Of a stretch of DNA of 20,000 bases, positions 12,683 through 20,000 are shown piece after piece (positions within the stretch are counted from its first letter, which is position 1; each line of letters opens with the position of its first letter). The DNA lies in contig JADIIX010000024.1 of the NCBI GenBank assembly GCA_027604505.1, positions 181,028 through 201,027 on the forward strand, in the 5' to 3' direction. Both the position numbers and the translations under genes were made by a program. Origin of the DNA: Gonapodya sp. JEL0774. Taxonomy: Eukaryota. The notes beneath the pieces are model-generated. The model searched no databases. It saw nothing but the letters and a program-made list of their open reading frames with translations, and was not told the origin of the DNA.

Positions 12683-14204
12683 TCAAATAGACCACGCAGC
12701 AACAAGAACTTTCACAGCTTCAACAAAAGGGAGGTTTGTATGTGTTCCTTGAGTCGGAATATACAGCTGGACGTCTCGCCGTCCTTCGCCTTTCGTTCCT
12801 TCGAGCTGTGCAGCGTGCAGCTCTCCATCTGCAGCAGTGAGAGGCGTTGGCGCAGGGACGAGTGTCGAGGTGTGAGGCAAGCGGCCTGCCATTGCCTCGA
12901 AAATTTCGCGGCTGTTGATCGAAGGGATCTCCGTATCGATGGCACCGTGCACGATGAGTATCTTGATGGGAAGAGATCCGGAAGTGTCAGTGGATCTCCT
13001 TACGACTTGGCGAAGCTGACGCATTTCGGAGGCAGTATCCCACTGGTCTATCATGTATCGTTTGCCGATACGGATGAGCCATTCCCGACCGAAGATGTAC
13101 CGAAACGGAACAAGCAGTGGGGGGAGAGGGTAGGTCGCAACAGCTGCAGGTAACGAAGAGTAAGGGCAAAAGAGGAGAAGTCCCTGGGGGACAAATGAGG
13201 ACAAGGGCATGTTATTTTTTCCCGAAGAAGGTGATGACGAAAGGAGAAGGTGTCGGTACAAGAAGGAAGCCGGGCCAGTTCCCAAAGAATGCCCAAAGAG
13301 AGTGATTTGGGAAGGTGATACTACAGAGGGAGGTGAAATGTTGGCGGCTGAGTTGTGGTGTAGCTGAAGCAACTGAGCGAGTGTTACCTCCTTTTGATAA
13401 TGCCCACTCCCAAGCAGCCAATGCATCCTTCTGCAGTCCACGCTCAGTGGGGGCGACTGACTGAGAATCTCCAAACCCTCGGTACTCCACAACCAAAATG
13501 TGAGCGTTGGGGTCGAACGTCTTGAGCATATCAATGGTCCCCAGCCGAAAGTGCAGTCCTCGGTCGAACGAAGCTCCATGGAAATATATCCAAAATCGGC
13601 CCAGCCGCGATTTGGGCGCTCCCTCCAGAGAGGACACGTTCACCTTAGAAGTATGTAGAAGTCGCTGTGCTCACAAGCGGCGCCGAAACGGCAATCGCTC
13701 ACAATTGCGTTATCGAAATCCACATCACTATGACAAGGCTGATGGTCCCTCGGAATAAAGTGCCATCCAGACAAGTTCACACCATCTGAAGTTCTTATTG
13801 TGACGTTCCGAACCGAGCCGGCTGAGAAAAAGGTTTTCACCAAGGTCCAAGAGATGCCACCCGAGATACAAAACGCACCTCTCCACTTTCCTCGACCGCA
13901 AGGGTCACGAACGTTGTACCAGAATGCGCGAAACCCGTAACCATAAATCAGGAATCGTTGAAGGGACGGCCAGAACAGAAAGAGCGCGACCAATGGCGCA
14001 AGGAAAATCGCTATCACCACAGCCTGTAAAGAAAATAGGAGCATAACTTCAGAGATGCGCTTGCCATCGCACATGATACCCCCTGTACAGCTGTCATTGT
14101 AGAGCCCATGCAACAATCACCAGAGTCGTGATGATTCCGTTCCAGATGCTCAAGAGGGACACCGTACTCAATGCGGCTGAATGGATTCTCGAATGCGATG
14201 TCAT
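12683..14204 (-). CDS. ABHD12-like alpha/beta hydrolase (putative lysophospholipid/monoacylglycerol lipase), copy A with N-terminal hydrophobic anchor, ~413 aa, 5 exons
   Basis: Exons 14204-14121, 14023-13879, 13821-13703, 13643-13388, 13320-12683 join in frame. TSDGVNLSGWH, WIYFHG, EYRGFGDS..PTERGLQKDA, nucleophile GHSLGTG, HGAIDTEIP (Asp), GTHTNL (His). Exon 1 is the least certain part. Confidence 0.9.
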
Positions 14205-14357
14205 GTTATCAATGGTTGTTGGGAGTTTATGTGCTTTGAGACCCACATGGTCATAATGATCAAGACCAAGATCTGTGGCCTTTTCAACCGAACAAAATAC
14301 TGCAGTCACTGAGTCCTCGCACTTCAATCCTCGCACTTTTCTGACAAGCACTCGGTC
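14205..14357. promoter_or_regulatory. Putative bidirectional promoter between the two ABHD12-like paralogs
   Basis: Only 153 bp separate the two inferred divergent ATGs (14204 -, 14358 +). Inferred from geometry alone. Confidence 0.5.
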
Positions 14358-15942
14358 ATGAACGCGAGAAGAGCGTCAGACGAGCTTGAGAGAAAGTCTT
14401 CCCAGCTTCTAAGCGTCGAGCAGTAGGTAACTTCGCATCATTGGCGAACAATATCTTGATCACAGTGTGATGTGAGAGCCTTGCCCTCTCAGAACACCTA
14501 GAGCGCGGCGAAGATCAGAAGAAATCTCCCAATCAGAACATAAGCTGGAGGTGCCTAGCCTTCTGCACGCTCGACGCAAATCCGAAGATCTCACAGCTGA
14601 ACCCAAGCACAAATCAGTTCTTCCCGGCCTTCAACAATCACTTGTTTACGGGAACTGGTTGAAACCGTTTTGGTATGATCTCTCTGATCCCTGTGAAGTG
14701 GGCCAATGGCGAGGTATGCGATTCTTTCTCTGGAGCTGCGTCTTATCAATTTGAGTACAGAGTCATTGCTGTTGTGGACGAATGTTTCTTGTAGCGGGAT
14801 CTGCGAGGACGATTTCCATCTCAACCGCAGACAATGTTCGGATATCTGGCTGGCACATTATCCCAGTGGATCATCCCTTTTGCGGAACAGAAGACGATTT
14901 CGACTCAGCGCTCAGGGGAACCACGATCAACCGGAATTCCTCTCAGAGCTCCCTCACACCTGCGCCTCCATTACCTTCGAGGTCTAAACTTTGGATTTAT
15001 TTTCACGGATCCTCGTGGGACAGAGGATTCCCTCTTCGTATCGCCGCCATCAACATGATAAAGCACGTTGCCCCGGACGCGCACATTCTCGTCGTTGAGT
15101 ACCGGGGATTCGGAGACTCGGAGAAAGTGAGACCAACGGAAAAAGGACTTCAGCAGGATGCACTTGCTGCGTGGGATTGGGCCCTTGCGAAAGGAGGTGA
15201 GGATTCCTAACGTGCAACACCTTCACTCAAGGTCCATTTCACCGGGATCCCCCACAACTGTCGCATCTCAGTCCCTCCGGCACGAATTGTCCTCTTTGGT
15301 CATTCCCTTGGCACGGGCCCCGCATCCTTTCTCTACCGCCACCTTCACGTGCCCATACCTTCCGATCCTCCTCGCCCTCCCCCTTATGACGTCTCATCAC
15401 ATCCCCATCCTGGCGCGCTTCTTCTCATGTGCCCTTACTCGTCCATAGCCTCTGCCATCGCTACCCATTCACTTTCCTTCGTCGCTCCGCTCCGGAAAAT
15501 TGTGGGGCGAGACAAGCTGCGAGAGTCGAACAAGAAGTGGGTTTCGGAACACTGGGATACTGAAGAGGAAGTCCACAGAATTCGGGAGTTCATGTCGGAC
15601 GTGAACAAAAGTTCTCCTTCCGATGCTGCCTCCAGTCGCATCGACGTTCTCATCGTGCACGGAGTCCGGGACAAGGATATCACCCTCCCCAACGCGCTCG
15701 AAATATTCAAATCCCTCACTGGCGTTCCGGCAGACTCACGCTCCAAAAGCCCACTTCCTCCTCCACTTACCGAGGCCGATGGATCACTCTACGCGGCGAC
15801 TGTGGCCGGAGGAACTGAGAACGGGACTTCGAAGGGTTCAAGGGCTCGTTTGTTCACAGCAGAACTTGGCACACATACCAACTTGCCGAGCTTAGAAGTG
15901 GTGCCGAGAGTTGTGCGGGCATGGGTGAATAAGGAGATATGA
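14358..15942 (+). CDS. ABHD12-like alpha/beta hydrolase, copy B with hydrophilic N-terminus, ~452 aa, 4 exons
   Basis: Exons 14358-14422, 14493-14713, 14795-15196, 15272-15942 join in frame. TADNVRISGWH, WIYFHG, EYRGFGDS..PTEKGLQQDA, GHSLGTG, HGVRDKDIT, GTHTNL. Shares two phase-1 intron positions with copy A (after GxWR and after WALxKG). Exon 1 inferred from a GTAGGT..CAG intron with matching phase. Confidence 0.88.
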
Positions 15943-16384
15943 CCTATTTGAAGTATGGCGGTCAAGGAATGCTTTATTGTTTTATTGAGTAGTACTTTTT
16001 CACTTTGCAGTATCATTCGATGTGGGGGTGGCGTAATGTGTCCTTTGCGGAGTGCGGAGTCATTTGGCCAGCTCAATGGCAGCTCACAGCGGGGCACCCA
16101 GCCGGCCTACCTATGTTGGTGACGCTGAGCATACCTGAAACGGACGAAATTCTTCGATCTTGTATTGAGGTGATGTAGACTGTATATTTTAGAACACAGG
16201 ACAAGTATTCTTCTCCCTGCCGCATATGAATGAAACACTTGACATTCACTCACATTATTGTGACATCATCACATCCATGCCCCGGCTTATGGCATCCCCG
16301 TCCCTCAAGTTTTTCCACCAGAACCTACAAACCGACGCCCAGCGTCCAGCGCCAGTCACCGCCGAGTGTCCCATTGATTCTTGT

Positions 16385-17540
16385 CTGTATTGTGAGTATG
16401 CTCAGCTTGGTCGCGTGCAGTCCGTGTTGCGTTTCGAAGGTGCACAGGCTTGGAGCTCATCTGCCCGCATACAGATTTTGTCAGATCCATCCAAACTTAT
16501 CGCGCTCCACGAAAACTCGATCACCACCAACAATAACACTCGGGAATCGTGGGGCGGAATCTTCCCGCCGGCTCGGGAGCTTCCCGGTGTGGAGATTTGG
16601 TCGCAATGGGTTGCCCTTCCCTCATGTCGCAGGCTGAATCATTCCGCCGGATCAGGAGCCTCCCGGCGGGGGGATTTGGTCCGAGCAGTTCACATATGTC
16701 AAAGAGTTGAATCCTTTGGGGGCTTCGGTCGGAGTGGTCGCGAAAGCTTCGAGTTCAAAGGTCATTCAAATTGACTGCAGGGTTTTGTTTTTCGCTGTTA
16801 CTGTGCTTCTTTGTTTCTGTAAACAAGAGCAAAATACCCAGTATCGGCGTTACAAGGTAATGACATGGCGTATTCGTTCTTCTTCTGGTTGGACTCTCAC
16901 GTGTGAAGATCCATTGCTTCCGTACTCCAGACTCCCCGAACTGCAACCTTTAGCTCCCCTCCTACAAGCCCTGCCCGAACTCCGGACGCGTGAGTTAACA
17001 AAGTCAACGCTGTACCTTGGCAAGGGTCTGTGTCTTTCAAACGGTGAGTTCTCAATTTCTGTGGCTGTCTTGATCTCACTGTTGTGGAGCCATGCTCGTC
17101 GCTGGCAGGAGCGGGGTCATGAAACAGAATAGACAATGATGTGTGGTTGAGACCTTGATAGGTGCATTGATTTCAATTGTGGTGCGGGCGCAAGACTTCA
17201 ATTGACAGGACCCCATATCCCGTGGATGGCGGAGGATGAAAGATTAGCAGGATCGAGGAAACGCAGGACGGGTGCCTTGGCGAGCGGCGTCCACGTCGCG
17301 CACCCTGGAAACGTCTGCATGGCACTTGTGCTGGGCAGACGGCTAAAGGCTCGTCGCATTTGGATCTCGTACTTACTTGCGTAAACTGTCAACCACAACG
17401 ACAATATATTGTCTGTTAAGGACTACTATACACTAAAATCGGAAGCTGCCGTGGAACGAACATTTTTAAGAGTTTGGTGGTGCGAAGGACACCAATGAAC
17501 TTACGATACACATGTCATAGAGCCGATGGGAATGCGCAAC
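16385..17540 (+). repeat. Copy 1 of a diverged direct duplication (partner ~18425-19545)
   Basis: Colinear anchors at ~2.0-kb offset: 16495-16520 vs 18536-18561 (24/26 identical), tgggttgcccttc in both copies, 17279-17314 vs 19265-19300 (30/36), plus weaker matches near 17143/19154 and 17496-17540/19488-19545. Boundaries approximate. Confidence 0.75.
16557..16681 (+). repeat. Local direct repeat (46-nt unit, 79-nt period); each unit is an imperfect inverted repeat
   Basis: 16557-16602 vs 16636-16681; core 16565-16602 vs 16644-16681 is 32/38 identical. Confidence 0.8.
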
Positions 17541-17819
17541 GGGGAACGCAAATCTAACATGGATTTTGAAAGTCTACCAATTTATTTATGTTTGAAATCG
17601 AAACAAATGTGTATTGTTTAGTTTCCCCCTTGAATTCATCTCTCCGACGTGCTTTGGTAAGTAGCCTTGAACCTGCGGCACAGGCACAGCGCTGTGCCAA
17701 AGGACTGCCTGTGCCGAAGGACAGGCTTCTTACCAGCCCGTCTCTCGAGTTGGTGACAGCAAAGAACGCGAGAGAACTCACACCAAGCTCACTAGAACGC
17801 AAAATAGTATCAAACTTAC

Positions 17820-18254
17820 TCTAAATTTCCGACTTGGCTCACGATCTGCTCGATCGACCAACGGCTTCCTGGGTCCAGTTTCAGGCACCCGCGTATCAGC
17901 TTGGCGAATTCTTCATCTTCGATGGACGCAACAACAGACAGGTAGTCTTGGGACTAAATACACTTGGAAAAGGTGGATGGACGGTCGAATGGAATGTTGT
18001 CGGTCATCACCTGGGTGCGAGCACGAGTAATTAGATCTGTAGTGAGTGTGGATAAACGTGATCTCAACACAACACGCTGCTTACCTCATAAGCCAGTACT
18101 CCGTAGTCAAGTATATCACTTTCGTGTGTAATTGCAGCTTTCCCGTGTGAAAACTCCTCTGGGGAAATGTACCGCCGCCATGGCTCCGAGTGTGGTCCTA
18201 CATTCCCGGAACGAATTTCTCACTTGTGAAATCGAGTCTTTCGTTTGACTTGTC
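17820..18254 (-). pseudogene. Protein kinase pseudogene fragment (subdomains VIII-XI), spliced, two in-frame stops
   Basis: Exons ~18254-18085 and 18010-17820, with intron 18084-18011 (GTAAGC..CTAAT..CAG), translate to ..HK*EIRSGNVGPHSEPWRRYISPEEFSHGKAAITHESDILDYGVLAYE|VMTDNIPFDRPSTFSKCI*SQDYLSVVASIEDEEFAKLIRGCLKLDPGSRWSIEQIV. Stops: TGA 18222-18220 and TAG 17956-17954. No GxGxxG, HRD or DFG found upstream in the window. Confidence 0.85.
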
Positions 18255-18424
18255 CTGGAAAACACAGGTCAACGCATCGACGTCTACTACTCCAAGGCCA
18301 CCGTTGGGATCCGATATTGGCGGTTGGGTCCCATCAGATCATTTTCTTTCCAATATTCAAAATTCAAGCTATCCTGTTAATTCTGAATCCCGAAAATTGC
18401 AGTTGAGAGTCAAACTATCTGCAA

Positions 18425-19545
18425 CTGTAGCGTGAGTATATTTGCGTGGTTTGCTCGCGGTTCTGTTACTTTTTCGAAGGCGTTCGGGTCCGAGGTTTCA
18501 TCTATCCCCATGCAGTGTTTGGCAGGACCATCCCGACTTATCGCGCTCCTCGAACACTCGACTCACCATCAGCAGCATCATTTGGGGCGCAGGGCTACAT
18601 TTGCCACTGGCTCGGGAGCCTCCCAGTGGGATAGGCAGTCGGATTGGGTTGCCCTTCTCCCATGCCGGAGTCGGAACTAATCAGGATTGGAACTCATTCG
18701 GGGCGCAGGGCTGCATGTGTCAGAGAAGGGCCTTGGGCAGTCGCTCCGAGGAACAACGGTGTCGTACGGAACCAGGGCGCTGTGCGCCCTGCGAACAGGA
18801 TGAGTATCCGCTTTTTGGGGGGAGTGTTGAACATTGCCAACCGCAAGGAGCAGTCAGCGCCACGTACGGAAAGCCGCCAGATCATTGTTTGCGCCGGTTC
18901 TGTCGTCCATGCTGGTCCGTCAAGATCTCTGAGGGGGTCGGTGACCTACCGTGCGCGGCGGAGGCCAAGTCAATCACGATGGTTGGGATCGGTGGACTTA
19001 ACACTTATACTCGGTGTCGGTGGCTAACACTACTGATCTGTTTCTTGCGGTTGTCGGGGGTTTTGTTGTTTGTGTTTACGATATCTTATACGAATACTTT
19101 TCATTCCACTGTTATACCGGTCAAGGCAAGTTATCTACTTTTGACCTGCGAGAGTGTCGAGATCATGGTAGTGCAATCAAGTAAGCATGCTATTCTGCGA
19201 GGGTGGTGAACTAACGTTCGTTCCGGCGTGTGTCTGCTGAGTGTGTATGCAGGTGTTGCGTGAAGGCGAGCAGCCTACACGTGGCGCGTCCTGGAAACGT
19301 TTCGGCGAGTCGTGCCGAAGCGGCTAATGCTCGCTTTGAATCGACTGGACGAGTTTTGAGGTAAGGATGGAGCGAGCGAAATATTTGGTAATAAAGATGC
19401 CGACGCTTCAATTTGCATCGTTTCACCAGTAAATATGCGCAAGAAGGCTGAGCAAGCCATCTTGTAGTCTAGAATTCGTCATGTAGTTGACCTTACGACT
19501 ACTTTTGTGTATTTACGACCTTGCTGTCATTTTCAATGCGTAACA
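18425..19545 (+). repeat. Copy 2 of the diverged direct duplication (partner ~16385-17540)
   Basis: Same anchors as copy 1; both copies begin with a 48-nt GTGAGT...TTCGAAG intron-like segment (16392-16439, 18432-18479). Confidence 0.75.
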
Positions 19546-20000
19546 TTTGCAATGCAACCCTCTGTTAGAAACTTAGTCGCGTGGTTCAACCCTTTTTTCT
19601 GATAGTTGGCCAAGCGAAAAGTTACCACCTTATCATGGCTTGATCTTCCTCTTCTGGCGCGATCCCCGGAGGACTTGTTGGAGCTTCCGCTACCCCAGCC
19701 ACCCCGTTACCGTGAGGAAGCATGCCGTGGTGTCCTTCAGCTGTTGAATTCTGCTCTTGACACGTCATCAAACACTTTGTCTGTCCCTGTCTGAAGCGCT
19801 CCACCACAGTGAGCTTTTCACCAAAGGGTGTTCTTTTCTCGCAGTTTTTGCTCCCTGCTTACTTGTGCGTTCTTTTGATGTGCTGAATTCACCACTTCCT
19901 ATCTCTACCCTGTTGGACTGCTTCTGTGGAGGACTGCACGGGATGGATCGAAGGGGCGGGAGTGTATGATGGTGTTCGAGGTGTAGAATATATTTGCTAT

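Noticed and set aside
340..15895. Numerous overlapping alternative-frame and antisense ORFs of 60-250 aa
   Set aside because: Explained as shadows of the six spliced genes; none shows an independent domain signature.
16130..16205. Short matches to 18200-18270 (acgaaattct/acgaatttct, aacacagg) at ~2067 offset
   Set aside because: Too short to separate from chance, and no kinase-like translation on the minus strand here; not included in the duplication.
16557..16681. Palindromic repeats with a spacer, superficially CRISPR-like
   Set aside because: Only two adjacent, diverged units, eukaryotic context, no cas genes.
16226..17132. ORFs 16226-16774, 16230-16637 and 16707-17132, with exon-like splice signals around 16856-17044
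   Set aside because: No family motifs, and I could not build a coherent spliced gene; treated as part of the decayed duplication.
18190..19209. ORFs 18190-18435 and 18442-19209 can be joined in frame through the 18432-18479 intron into a ~320-codon + strand ORF
   Set aside because: No recognisable domain, no ATG start, it overlaps the antisense kinase relic, and the frame is not preserved in the duplicate copy.
19606..19808. Exon-like segment (pyrimidine tract plus TAG at 19605, GTGAGC at 19809) with a Leu/Pro-rich translation
   Set aside because: In-frame TGA at 19792-19794 and no identifiable homology; possibly another gene relic but unsupported.

Overview
Gene-dense, intron-rich eukaryotic DNA; short GT-AG introns with GTGAGT-type donors and the gene content suggest a fungus, possibly early-diverging (inference). 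The ORF track only shows exon fragments, so I spliced the genes by hand. Six genes reconstruct with consistent intron phases: a mitochondrial carrier (5-1438 +), a bacterial-type 2-keto-4-pentenoate hydratase of the MhpD/HpcG class with two introns (1662-3013 +), a ~1830-aa DENN protein with an inserted C1 zinc finger (3244-10043 +), an HSF-family transcription factor (10253-12551 -), and a head-to-head pair of ABHD12-like hydrolases with very different N-termini (12683-14204 -, 14358-15942 +). The last 4 kb has no intact gene that I can support. It holds a diverged duplication with ~2-kb offset, a three-copy stem-loop with apparently compensatory changes, and a spliced protein-kinase relic (17820-18254 -) that the ORF track misses. 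I cannot demonstrate a complete novel system. The best leads are the probable horizontally acquired hydratase, the ABHD12 pair and the hairpin-bearing repeat.
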